Positions 21,276-30,724 of a DNA stretch of 35,071 nucleotides are shown here, piece after piece. The DNA is from Pseudomonadota bacterium (lineage in GTDB: Bacteria > Bdellovibrionota_G > JALEGL01 > DATDPG01): positions 1 through 35,071 of the forward strand of contig JAZDIZ010000070.1 of assembly GCA_043804515.1 (NCBI GenBank), written 5' to 3'. Each line of letters starts with the position of its first letter. Within the stretch, counting starts at the first letter, position 1. A program made the translations under genes and the position numbers. The notes beneath the pieces were generated by a model. That model saw only the letters and a list, made by a program, of their open reading frames with translations, ran no database searches and was not told the origin of the DNA.

Positions 21276-23597
21276 CTAAAAGAGCGAACCAATCATGAAA
21301 TCAAAGGCAACCCTGCTTTCGTCCTTCTTCTTATCCAACGGGAATCCCCATTCGAAACGAAGGGGACCGATGGGGGAGAACCAGCGGAGTCCGAAACCGA
21401 CGCTCTGTCTCTGGCCGGTAAGGGTAAACAACGTTTGGCCGTTGTCAAAGGCGTTCCCCATGTCGAAGAAGAATACACCCTTGATGTTTGCCACCCGGAT
21501 GATCGGGAAGACGTACTCCGCGTTGAAAATGACCTGCTTGTTTCCGCCGTACCGGAAGTCGTCCGTAATCAGGCCCACTGAGTCGAAGACGTCGGCGATC
21601 GGAATGGTGGGGCCCATGGAACGGATCGGAAAACCTCGAAGGGACAGGATCCCGCCGGGAAAATAACGTTCGAACAGCGGGACGCGTTGGTTGTCTCTGA
21701 GGGGCGCGACGTAGCCCGCGGAAAGGTGAAAGGCGTAGACGGCTCCGCCGATGAAGAAAGCCGTGCTCTCATCGTTCACCGGAAAAAACCAGCGACCGTC
21801 GAATTCGGTCTTCGCGTAGTCGTTGTCCCCCCCGAGCCATCTTCCCGCCGCCTCCTCGGTGACCTCAAGGAACGTGCCTTTGGAAGGCTCGAATACGCGG
21901 TTCCGCGTGTCATAGTTGGCCCGGGCCGTGAGGCTCGAAGTGATGCCGCCCGAGAACAGCGGCGCCACCGTGGGAACCATGTTGGACAGCGATTCATTCG
22001 CGAGGCTGTAGGTCAAACCGCCCCGGACCCGGCGGAGACCTTTGACATAGAAGGGATAATCCAAACCGACATTGCCGCCCGTCGAGGTGTTGTCGAAATT
22101 GGAATAGGCCCGGGAAATCCTGAAGAGGTTCACCGTAAGGCCGAACTTCGAATCGAGGAAATACTCGTCCCGGTACTGGAGATTGAATGCCTGCGTCTTC
22201 CCGCCGATCCAGGCGTCGAGAACCACGTCCACGCCGTAACCGAAGAGGTTGCGTTTTTCGACCCGGCCCATGATCTGGAACGATTCCAGCGTATTGAAGC
22301 CCGCGCCGATGGAGAACGTGCCCGTGGGTTTCTCCTTGATCTCCACGATCACGTTCACGCGGTCGTCCGCCGAACCGCGGGGAGTGCTCATCCTTACGTT
22401 CTCGAACAACGCCAGGCGCTCGATGTTCTGCCTGGATTCCCGCAGCTTCGTGGCCGAGTACAGTTCCCCCTCGCTGATCTGCATCTCGCGGCGCAGGACC
22501 TTGTCGCGGGTGCTCTCGTTCCCTTTGAACTCGATGCGTTCCACGTAGACCTTCTGTCCCGGCGCAAGCATGTACGTGATGGAAACAGTCTTATTCGTGT
22601 CGTCGTACTCGTCGCGGGGGATCACGTTGGCGTATGCGTACCCCTCGTCCGCGTAAATGGTTGTAAGCTTCTGCAGGTCCTCCTGAATTACGAACGTGTC
22701 GACGACCTCCCCTTCTTCGAGCTTAACGGCCTTTCTAAGCTCCGAGGGATCCTTGATGAACTCGCCGTCGAGGCCGACTTTGCTGACTTTGTACAGTTCC
22801 CCCTCCTCGACCGAAAACGTGAGGGTGAGCCTTCTCTTGTCGGGCGTCAGCTGGACCCTCGGCGCGCCGATCTTGGCTTTGATGTACCCTTTGTGGCCGT
22901 AATAATCGCGCAGGAGCTGCCGGTCCTGCGCCAGAAGGTCCTCCTGAAACGCGCCGCTGTCGTTCAGGAAGGAAAAAAATCCTTTTTCCTTCGTCCGCAT
23001 GGTGGACTTGAGTTCGCTGTCGTTGAAGATCGAATTTCCGATGAAGCTGATCCGTTCGATCAGGACTTTCTTTCCCTCCTTGATCTTGAACTTGAGGACC
23101 GCCTCGTTGTTCGGCCGCTTGCCGATCTCGCTCGCGACGTCCGCGAGGTAGAATCCCTTCTTGTCGTAGAGTTTCCGGATCCTATCGAGATCCTCCCGGA
23201 TCCGGTTGGGATCCAGATACGTAAACTGCCTCGTGGTGACTTCCTTGCCCAGATCCTCCTTGTCGATCTTGTCGTTCCCTTCGAACTCCACCTTGGTCAG
23301 CATGGTCTTTTCCGCCACGAAAAACGTGAGCGTCCCCGTGGTTTCGTCGAAGTACGCGCGCACGTCCGTGAAATATCCCATGCGGTAGATGGCCTGCACG
23401 TCGTCCCTCAACCGCGCACCGGAATAAGGAGACCCCGGTTTCATTCGGAGGATGTTTCGTATCGCGTCCTGCTCGATCCGCTTGTTTCCCTGGATGGAGA
23501 TCGCCTTGATCGGCGGCGTGGCCTCCGCCGCCCACAAGCTCGCCGGGCCAGCCAACGCCAGGAACAGGAGCATTCCCTTAAGAAGGCCTGACCTCAC
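21276..23597 (-). CDS. bamA: Outer membrane protein assembly factor BamA
   Basis: POTRA repeats (GNKRIE, GNESTRDKVLRRE), LRGF loop, WFSPIGPLRF and terminal Phe. Confidence 0.97.
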   Translation of the reverse strand: MRSGLLKGMLLFLALAGPASLWAAEATPPIKAISIQGNKRIEQDAIRNILRMKPGSPYSGARLRDDVQAIYRMGYFTDVRAYFDETTGTLTFFVAEKTMLTKVEFEGNDKIDKEDLGKEVTTRQFTYLDPNRIREDLDRIRKLYDKKGFYLADVASEIGKRPNNEAVLKFKIKEGKKVLIERISFIGNSIFNDSELKSTMRTKEKGFFSFLNDSGAFQEDLLAQDRQLLRDYYGHKGYIKAKIGAPRVQLTPDKRRLTLTFSVEEGELYKVSKVGLDGEFIKDPSELRKAVKLEEGEVVDTFVIQEDLQKLTTIYADEGYAYANVIPRDEYDDTNKTVSITYMLAPGQKVYVERIEFKGNESTRDKVLRREMQISEGELYSATKLRESRQNIERLALFENVRMSTPRGSADDRVNVIVEIKEKPTGTFSIGAGFNTLESFQIMGRVEKRNLFGYGVDVVLDAWIGGKTQAFNLQYRDEYFLDSKFGLTVNLFRISRAYSNFDNTSTGGNVGLDYPFYVKGLRRVRGGLTYSLANESLSNMVPTVAPLFSGGITSSLTARANYDTRNRVFEPSKGTFLEVTEEAAGRWLGGDNDYAKTEFDGRWFFPVNDESTAFFIGGAVYAFHLSAGYVAPLRDNQRVPLFERYFPGGILSLRGFPIRSMGPTIPIADVFDSVGLITDDFRYGGNKQVIFNAEYVFPIIRVANIKGVFFFDMGNAFDNGQTLFTLTGQRQSVGFGLRWFSPIGPLRFEWGFPLDKKKDESRVAFDFMIGSLF

Positions 23598-24280
23598 GGG
23601 CGGACTTCCTCGTGAAGCCGCCCTTCGCGAAGCCGAAGTACACGATCCGCGCGGGCCGCCAATTCCGGATTGTGTGTCGCCATGATCAGGGCGCGCGTCT
23701 GGGACCGGATCACCGCAAACATGAGATCCGTGACCATCCGCCCCGTTTCCAGATCCAGGTCCCCGGTCGGTTCGTCGGCCAGGATCAACGACGGGTCGCC
23801 GATCAGGGCCCGGGCAATCGCCACGCGCTGCTGCTCGCCTCCCGAAAGCTCCGCGGGTTTGTGGTTGACCCGGTGGGAGAGGCCCACCGCTTCGAGAAGC
23901 CCCCTGGCCTTGAGGAGCGCTTCCGGAGCCGTTTCCCCGCGTATCCGTAGCGGCATCGCCACGTTTTCCTCGGCCGTGAATTCCGGAAGAAGGTAATGAA
24001 ATTGGAAAATGAATCCGACGGACCCGTTGCGGAAGCGTGCCAGATACCAGTTGTTCTTTTTCGACAGGTCTTCGCCGCGGAAAAAAATGGAGCCCCCGGA
24101 GGGCCGGTCCAGAGCTCCCAGAAGATGGAGAAGGGTCGACTTTCCCACTCCCGAGGCTCCGACGACGGCAATGGTTTCCGAGGCGTGCGCTTCGAGATCG
24201 AGGCCCTTGAGCACCTCGATCGTTTCCGGCCCCTTCCGGTAATTTTTCACGATCGCCTGCGCGCGAAGGAGCTCACTCAT
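23594..24280 (-). CDS. lolD: Lipoprotein-releasing ABC transporter ATPase
   Basis: GASGVGKS, FIFQFHYLLPEF, LSGGEQQRVAIARA and ADEPTG. Confidence 0.93.
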   Translation of the reverse strand: MSELLRAQAIVKNYRKGPETIEVLKGLDLEAHASETIAVVGASGVGKSTLLHLLGALDRPSGGSIFFRGEDLSKKNNWYLARFRNGSVGFIFQFHYLLPEFTAEENVAMPLRIRGETAPEALLKARGLLEAVGLSHRVNHKPAELSGGEQQRVAIARALIGDPSLILADEPTGDLDLETGRMVTDLMFAVIRSQTRALIMATHNPELAARADRVLRLREGRLHEEVRP

Positions 24281-25505
24281 ATCGGAGCCCTTCCGCGGGA
24301 TCGAGACGCGCGGCCCGCAGGGATGGGTACCATGTCGCCAGGAAGCTGATCAAAAGAGCGCATGCGCCCACCACGACGAATTCATGCGGAAGCATTCTTA
24401 CCGGCAACGTGTCGACCTGGTAGACGTCGGCATCGAGGGGAAAGCGGATGTATTGCTTGAGGAGCACGCACAGCACGTATCCTCCGAACAATCCCAAGGC
24501 CATCCCGATGGCTCCGATCGTCGTGCCGGACACCATGAAGATCCTGGCGATCGATCGCCGCGTGGCGCCCATCGCCTTGAGAATCGAAATTTCCTTTCCT
24601 TTCGTCATTACCAGGAGCGTGAGCGTCCCCACGATGTTGAAGGAAGCCACCAGGATGATCATCGTCAGGACGACGAAGAACGTGGTCTTCTCCAGTTTGA
24701 AGGCCTTGAAAAGGTCCTCGTTCAGTTCCAACCAGTGGCGGACGTAATACTCGCTCCCCAATCGGTTCTGGATCTCCTGGCCCACGGCGCGGGCCCGCTT
24801 GAGGTCCTTCACGTTGATTTGGATCCCGCTCACCTCCCCTTTCCGGTCGAAGAAACGCTGGGCGTCCTCAATCGAGACGTAGGCGCTCTTGGCGTCGTAT
24901 TCATAAAGGCCGCTCTTGAACACGCCCGCCACCTCAAAACGCCTGACCTTGGGCCCGAATCCGAACGGCGTGAGTTCCCCGGAGGGGGACACCACGTCTA
25001 CGGTGGTCCCCGGGATGAGGAACAGGTTGTTCTCCGCAAGCTCCCGTCCCACGATGATGCCGGGAAGCCGGCCCGAGCGTGCCTTGAGGTCGGCGAGCGA
25101 CCCGGTGACCAGGTCCTTCTGGAGCGACGTCACTTTTCCCACGCGGTCCGGGTCGATTCCGTACAGCACGATGCCCGCGGAACGGCCGGATTCGGTGTGG
25201 AGAAGTACTTCACTGTACAGAAAGGGACTCGCGGCGGTCACACCCGGCACCTTCTCGATTTCGCGGATCACGCTGTCGTACTGGCGCACCGGGCCCGTGG
25301 ACCGAAAGAGGATCAGCGGGGAGTTGTTGCCCAGGATCTTCCGTTGGAAATCCTCCTCGAAACCGGAAACGACCGAGAGAACGACCGTAAGCGCCGTCAC
25401 TCCCAGGGCGACGCCGGCGATCGAAATGACCGTGATGACGGAGAGCAGCGCGTTGTGCTTCCGCGACAGGAGATATCGGAAACCGATGAGAAATTCGTAC
25501 TTCAA
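24273..25505 (-). CDS. lolE: Lipoprotein-releasing ABC transporter permease (single LolC/E-type subunit)
   Basis: IGFRYL, GVALGV, LEK, VASFNI, EISILKAMGA and YPSLRAARLDPAEGLRYE. Confidence 0.93.
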   Translation of the reverse strand: MKYEFLIGFRYLLSRKHNALLSVITVISIAGVALGVTALTVVLSVVSGFEEDFQRKILGNNSPLILFRSTGPVRQYDSVIREIEKVPGVTAASPFLYSEVLLHTESGRSAGIVLYGIDPDRVGKVTSLQKDLVTGSLADLKARSGRLPGIIVGRELAENNLFLIPGTTVDVVSPSGELTPFGFGPKVRRFEVAGVFKSGLYEYDAKSAYVSIEDAQRFFDRKGEVSGIQINVKDLKRARAVGQEIQNRLGSEYYVRHWLELNEDLFKAFKLEKTTFFVVLTMIILVASFNIVGTLTLLVMTKGKEISILKAMGATRRSIARIFMVSGTTIGAIGMALGLFGGYVLCVLLKQYIRFPLDADVYQVDTLPVRMLPHEFVVVGACALLISFLATWYPSLRAARLDPAEGLRYE

Positions 25506-27022
25506 TTCGCCGCGACCTGAGCAAACCGGTTCTTCACAAAAGTCATGTCCAGGGACGCCAGGAAAAAGCCCGCCCGCGGGCCCTTCGGCTTCCCAAGAAG
25601 CGAAAGATAAATGGCCTCGAAGAGCTTGTCCGGGGCCACCTTCACTTCATCCTTCACTCCATAGACGGTCTGGTGGATCTGTTCCGCCGTCATCCCTGAG
25701 GCCAGCCTTTCGGAAAGAAAACGCAGCGCCTTTTTCTGTTCCGTGGAGAGCGCCGCGCATGCGTTCGGGATCTCCTTCTGGATCGAGAACCGGATCTCCT
25801 CCGGAGCGAACCGGTCCAGCCACTTCCGGGCGTATCGAACCCGTTCGGCCAGGAGCTGTGGGCTGGATACCAGGTAGCCCGTGCGTTCCAGGATCTTGCC
25901 GATCTCGTTCACCTGGTCGTTGGTGGTCTGTACCAGGCTTACGATGTGCCGAAACGGGGCGCCCAAAGCCGAGGTTCCCGGGACTTCGGAAAGCTTCGCG
26001 GCACGGTCATTTCTGCCGGAGGAAGTCGGATCGTCGTACTCGTCGATCAATTGCGTCAACGGCAGGCCCGGATCGAAAACGATCCTGCGGTTGGGTATCA
26101 CGCGAAGGATGCAGTATTTCAGGATTTCCGGCGGTACGACCTCCAGCATCTCGTGAATCGAGAGAACGTTTCCCTTGCTGGAAGACATATCCCCGCCCCC
26201 GCGAAGGCTGATCCACTCGTAAACGACGGGGAACGGCGGTTCGTATTCGAAAACTTCGCGCGAGATCCTAACGCCGGTGTCATACGAGCCCCCTTTGGAG
26301 GCGTGGTCTTTCCCGAACGGCTCGATCGTGACGCCCAGGATCTGCCATCGGGCGGCCCAATCCACCCGCCACGTAAGCTTGCCTCCGCCCGCCATCGGCA
26401 CCGAGTCATGATCCCCGCACTCACAGCGGTACTCCACCTGCTCGCGTTTCGCGTCGAACCCGACGACCGTCGTCGCGGTCATCCGCTTGCAGGCGTTGCA
26501 GATGGGATTGAAGGGAGACCAGGTTTCGTCCGTTTCCTTCCCCGTTTCTTCTTTCAGAATGGCCCGGATCTTGTCCGCGCGCTCGAGAGACCGGATGATC
26601 TGTTGGTTGTATCGCCCCTGCTCGTACATCTCGTTCGCCCGTACCACCTGAACGCCGATGTCCAGGGTTTTGAGCGAGTCCATGAACGGGGCCAGAAAAT
26701 GCTCGGCGTAACTCGAATGGCCTTCTTTGGGGGCCGGAATCCGGGAGAGGGGTTGGCCGATGTACGGCGTGTATTTCACGGGGTCCAGGAAGGGATAGAC
26801 GCGGCGAAGAGGGTCGAACGTGTCCGCAATATAGAAAAACGTCGGCTCCTTCCCCATTTCCCGCAGAACCCGGGTCACGGCGTCACCGGTGACCACCTCC
26901 CGAAGGTTCCCGATATGGATTTCCCCGGAAGGAGTGATCCCCGTGGCCGCGACGAACTTGGTCCTGGCGGCAAGGATTTCCGAGGCGACCTGATCGGCCC
27001 AAAATATCGGTTGCTGGCTCAC
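25502..27022 (-). CDS. lysS: Lysine--tRNA ligase, class I (LysRS1)
   Basis: FWAD, GITPSGEIHIGNLRE (HIGH), CxxC/CxC Zn sites, KLTWRVDWAARW, EPFGKDH, MSSSKGN (KMSKS) and GPRAG. Confidence 0.96.
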   Translation of the reverse strand: MSQQPIFWADQVASEILAARTKFVAATGITPSGEIHIGNLREVVTGDAVTRVLREMGKEPTFFYIADTFDPLRRVYPFLDPVKYTPYIGQPLSRIPAPKEGHSSYAEHFLAPFMDSLKTLDIGVQVVRANEMYEQGRYNQQIIRSLERADKIRAILKEETGKETDETWSPFNPICNACKRMTATTVVGFDAKREQVEYRCECGDHDSVPMAGGGKLTWRVDWAARWQILGVTIEPFGKDHASKGGSYDTGVRISREVFEYEPPFPVVYEWISLRGGGDMSSSKGNVLSIHEMLEVVPPEILKYCILRVIPNRRIVFDPGLPLTQLIDEYDDPTSSGRNDRAAKLSEVPGTSALGAPFRHIVSLVQTTNDQVNEIGKILERTGYLVSSPQLLAERVRYARKWLDRFAPEEIRFSIQKEIPNACAALSTEQKKALRFLSERLASGMTAEQIHQTVYGVKDEVKVAPDKLFEAIYLSLLGKPKGPRAGFFLASLDMTFVKNRFAQVAAN

Positions 27023-27037
27023 GATACGAAGGGCGAC

Positions 27038-27066
27038 TTTGTACCTAAGGGGGGGTGGGGCGTCAA
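27038..27066 (-). promoter_or_regulatory. Putative internal promoter for lysS
   Basis: TTGACG-17 nt-TACAAA between the prfB stop and the lysS start. Confidence 0.4.
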
Positions 27067-27067
27067 A

Positions 27068-28156
27068 CTATTGACCCACCGCCTTTTTCAATAAATACGA
27101 GCGGATAAACGCATCGATGTCGCCGTCCAGAACGGCCTGAACGTTCCCCACTTCGTGGTCCGTCCGGTGGTCCTTGATGAGCTGGTACGGCTGAAGCACG
27201 TAGGAGCGGATTTGCGACCCGAAGGCGATGTCCTTCTTCTCTCCGGCCATTTTCACCTTTTCCTGCTCCTTCTCTTCCTGGTGCCTCTCGAACAATCGCG
27301 CCCGGAGGATCTTCATGGCTTGGGCCTTGTTCTTGTGCTGGGAGCGTTCATTCTGGCACGCCACGACGATTCCCGTGGGAATGTGGGTGAGGCGCACGGC
27401 GGAATCGGTCTTGTTGACGTGTTGGCCTCCGGCGCCGGAAGAGCGGTACGTGTCGATGCGCAAGTCTTCCTCGTTGATTTCCACTTCCACGTCGTCCTCG
27501 ATTTCAGGCAGGACCATCACGGAAGCGAACGAGGTGTGGCGACGGGCGTTCGCGTCGAAGGGTGAGATCCGGACAAGGCGGTGAATCCCGGCCTCGGAGG
27601 AGAGATATCCGTAGGCGTACGGCCCCTCCACGACCACCGTGGCGTTTTTGAGCCCCGCCTCCTCCCCCGGCTGCGTGTCCACGATCGTGGCCTTGAACCC
27701 CCTCCGCTCCGCCCAACGGAGGTACATTCTCAGGAGCATTTGGACCCAATCCTGCGCTTCCGTGCCACCGGCGCCGCTGTTGATCGCAAGAATCGCCGGG
27801 GAGTGATCGAACCGCCCCGCCAACATCCGGCGGAATTCCAGCTCCTCCATCGTCTTGCGGCAACGGCCCAGTTTGGCGGCGACTTCCCGCGTGATTTGGG
27901 GATCCCCCTGTTCCACCAACGGAGCGAATTCCTCCGCATCGGCGAGATCCGTCGCAAGCTGGTCCAAGGTCCGGACCGTTTCGGCGCATTCGCTCCTCCG
28001 GCGCTGGATCTCCGCGGCTTTCTTGGGGTCGTTCCAAAACAAGGGGTCCGCCGTTTTCTCCTCGAGCGACAGAAGCTCCTTACGAAGGTCTTCCAAGTGG
28101 AAGATCTCCGAGAGACTCCGCAGTTTCGCCTTAAGGTTGTCGATATCGGCCGACAC
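27068..28156 (-). CDS. prfB: Peptide chain release factor 2, single continuous frame
   Basis: GAGGTEAQDW, HRLVRISPF (SPF motif), GAGGQHVN and QIRSY. Likely GTG start at 28156. Confidence 0.97.
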   Translation of the reverse strand: MSADIDNLKAKLRSLSEIFHLEDLRKELLSLEEKTADPLFWNDPKKAAEIQRRRSECAETVRTLDQLATDLADAEEFAPLVEQGDPQITREVAAKLGRCRKTMEELEFRRMLAGRFDHSPAILAINSGAGGTEAQDWVQMLLRMYLRWAERRGFKATIVDTQPGEEAGLKNATVVVEGPYAYGYLSSEAGIHRLVRISPFDANARRHTSFASVMVLPEIEDDVEVEINEEDLRIDTYRSSGAGGQHVNKTDSAVRLTHIPTGIVVACQNERSQHKNKAQAMKILRARLFERHQEEKEQEKVKMAGEKKDIAFGSQIRSYVLQPYQLIKDHRTDHEVGNVQAVLDGDIDAFIRSYLLKKAVGQ

Positions 28157-28165
28157 GCGGGCCTG

Positions 28166-28196
28166 AAAATAGCACAAGTTTGGCCTCTGCTATACT
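28166..28196. promoter_or_regulatory. Back-to-back extended -10 promoters for prfB and PBP1A
   Basis: Plus strand TG-C-TATACT lies 6 nt before GTG 28203. Minus strand TG-C-TATTTT lies 9 nt before GTG 28156. Confidence 0.55.
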
Positions 28197-28202
28197 CACG
28201 AC

Positions 28203-30179
28203 GTGCCGCCGGACCGCACAAAGAGCATCGTGTTCCGTCTCGCGTCGATCGCCGTTACGGCGGCCGGGCTCGGCGTACTCACGGGGTTCGCTGTCGTGAC
28301 CTTGAGCGACCTGCCCGAGGTCTCGCAACTGGAACACTACGAGCCGAAGGGGCTCACCGTCCTCAAGGACGTCCACGGACGGGTCATCCATGAATTCTTC
28401 ACGGAGCGTAGGATCGGGGTCCCCCTGGAATCGATCCCCCCCATGGTGCGTTCCGCGTTCCTCGCGGCGGAGGACTGGCGTTTTTACGAGCACTTCGGCA
28501 TCGATCTCAAGGGTCTGACCCGGGCCCTTTTCAGGAACCTCGTGGAGGGACGGTACGCCGAGGGAGCCAGCACGATCACGCAACAGCTCTCAAAGGTTCT
28601 GTTTCTCACGCCCGAAAAGACCATGGCCCGCAAGCTCAAGGAGATGATGCTCGCGCTTCAGATCGAGCGGCGTTACAGCAAGAACGAGATTCTGGGTCTT
28701 TACATGAACCAGATCTATTTGGGTGCCGGGTGCTACGGCGTGGAAGCGGCCTCCCGGACCTACTTCGGGAAAGGGGTCAAGGATCTATTTCCGGCTGAGG
28801 CCGCCCTCCTGGCGGGCCTGCCGAAAGGACCCACGAAATTTTCCCCGTTTGTTGATCCCGCGGCGGCGCGGGATCGCCGGGACACGGTGCTCCTCACGAT
28901 GTTCGAGCGGGGCGTGATCCGCAAAGATGAATATTTGAAAGGCAAGGAGGAGCCTCTTTCGGCGCAACCCGCGAGCGATGAACGCGCCCAGTCCTATTTC
29001 GCGGCTTACATTCTGTCGCTCCTCTCGGGCGAGATGGGAGAGGAGCAGGTCTATCGCGGCCATCTGGACGTCGAAACAACGATGGACCTCGACCTTCAGG
29101 AGGCCGCCGAGGAGGCCGTCAAGGCCGGCCTGGAGGCCTATGCGCGGCGCCGGAGAATCCGGCCCGACAGGGCCGATCTTCTACCCCAGGCGGCCTTGCT
29201 GGCGCTCGACGCGCGCACGGGAGAAATCCGCGCCATGGTGGGAGGAAAGGATTTCAAGGAAAGCCAGTTCAACCGCACGATCCAGGCCGTCCGCCAGCCC
29301 GGCTCATCGATCAAGCCGGTTCTGTACGCCGCCGCTCTGGAGAGGGGGTTCACGCAATCGTCGCCCGTGGAGGATCGGCCGATCTCTTTCCGCTTGCCTG
29401 GCGGAAAGACGTGGAGTCCCAAGAATTACGACAAGAAGTACATGGGAATCATCCCGCTGCGCGTAGCGCTCGAGCATTCCAAGAACGTCGTGGCCGTGCG
29501 TCTCCTCAAAACGATAGGAATTCCGGCGTTTCGGACGATGGCTCAAAGGCTCGGGATCGCCTCCCCCATCGCCCCGAACCTCTCGTCCGCCTTGGGAAGT
29601 TCCTCACTCAAACTGGTCGAGCTCGCGCGGACGTTTTCGGTTTTTGACAACGGGGGGATCCGACCGAACGTTCGGGCGATCCGAAACGTTCTGGCTTCCG
29701 GCGGAGGCAATCTTTGGCCTTCCTCGATTCCAAGCCAACCCGTTCTGGACCCTCGGATCGCGTATGTCATGACGGACCTTCTGACCGGCGTGGTCCGCTT
29801 CGGCACCGGCGTTTTCGCGAAAGATCTTCCCTGCGCGGTTGCGGGGAAAACGGGAACCACGGACGACAATGTGGATTCGCTCTTCGTGGGCTTTTCGAGC
29901 GATCTCGTGGCTGTGGCGTGGATGGGATTTGACGACCGTAAAAGCCTGGGCAGGGAGGAGACCGGCGCAGTGGCGGCCGGGCCGATCTGGAAGCAGTTCA
30001 TGGAAACCGCCTGTGAAGGCGCCGCGGATGAATTCTCCCCGCCTCCGGGAATCCTTCTGGTGGACGTGGACCATTCCACGGGAAAGCTGGCGGGCAGCTA
30101 TTGCTCCGACGTCGTGACACAAGCCTATTTGGAAGGGACGCAGCCGAACGAAGTCTGCAGCGAAGAACGAACGCCGTAG
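28203..30179 (+). CDS. mrcA: Class A penicillin-binding protein (PBP1A family)
   Basis: Glycosyltransferase motifs EDWRFYEHFGID, GASTITQQ and RKLKE; transpeptidase motifs SSIK, SKN and KTG. Confidence 0.93.
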   Translation: MPPDRTKSIVFRLASIAVTAAGLGVLTGFAVVTLSDLPEVSQLEHYEPKGLTVLKDVHGRVIHEFFTERRIGVPLESIPPMVRSAFLAAEDWRFYEHFGIDLKGLTRALFRNLVEGRYAEGASTITQQLSKVLFLTPEKTMARKLKEMMLALQIERRYSKNEILGLYMNQIYLGAGCYGVEAASRTYFGKGVKDLFPAEAALLAGLPKGPTKFSPFVDPAAARDRRDTVLLTMFERGVIRKDEYLKGKEEPLSAQPASDERAQSYFAAYILSLLSGEMGEEQVYRGHLDVETTMDLDLQEAAEEAVKAGLEAYARRRRIRPDRADLLPQAALLALDARTGEIRAMVGGKDFKESQFNRTIQAVRQPGSSIKPVLYAAALERGFTQSSPVEDRPISFRLPGGKTWSPKNYDKKYMGIIPLRVALEHSKNVVAVRLLKTIGIPAFRTMAQRLGIASPIAPNLSSALGSSSLKLVELARTFSVFDNGGIRPNVRAIRNVLASGGGNLWPSSIPSQPVLDPRIAYVMTDLLTGVVRFGTGVFAKDLPCAVAGKTGTTDDNVDSLFVGFSSDLVAVAWMGFDDRKSLGREETGAVAAGPIWKQFMETACEGAADEFSPPPGILLVDVDHSTGKLAGSYCSDVVTQAYLEGTQPNEVCSEERTP

Positions 30180-30724
30180 CTTCAATTCTTCACTGCGGTC
30201 CCGGCCTTTTTCCCAGATTGCGCTATAGGGGTGGCGGCACCGGCAGGTACCCCAAATGCTCGCGCTCTTCTGTTCCTTCCGTAATGAAATTGATCGTGCG
30301 CTCCGGCTTTGGGGCCCCTCCCTGCGCCGCCGCCACCCAGACCGGGCCCGCTTAATGCTTTCCCCTCTCAGGACGATATCGACCGCATGCGACGTTCTTC
30401 CTCCACCCCAAAAAAGAGAGACGCTTCGTGGCACCAAGCGGAATCTTGGGACAGTGCGCCTATTTCCGTACGTGTGCTTTTGGGGGCTCCGGAAATGGAA
30501 TAGCCGTCCCCGGATTGCCATTACGTATGACGAAGGACCCGGTCAGAAAAAAAGCGAGCGAAGGCGCTATCTACCAAGGTCTTATGGCCGCCGGGTTGGG
30601 GGTCCCCGCGGCGAGGACTAACGGGCCGCAGACCGTGGGGGTGCACAACCCGGCGGCCCGCACACATGCTCGACAGTGACATCCTCGCGTTTCTTTTGAG
30701 CGGGAATTCGGTTACAAACTTCAC

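Noticed and set aside
21687..23591. Long antisense ORFs (this one, and 12748..13905, 14383..15537, 24916..26211)
   Set aside because: They are shadow frames of GC-rich conserved genes and carry no recognisable motifs.
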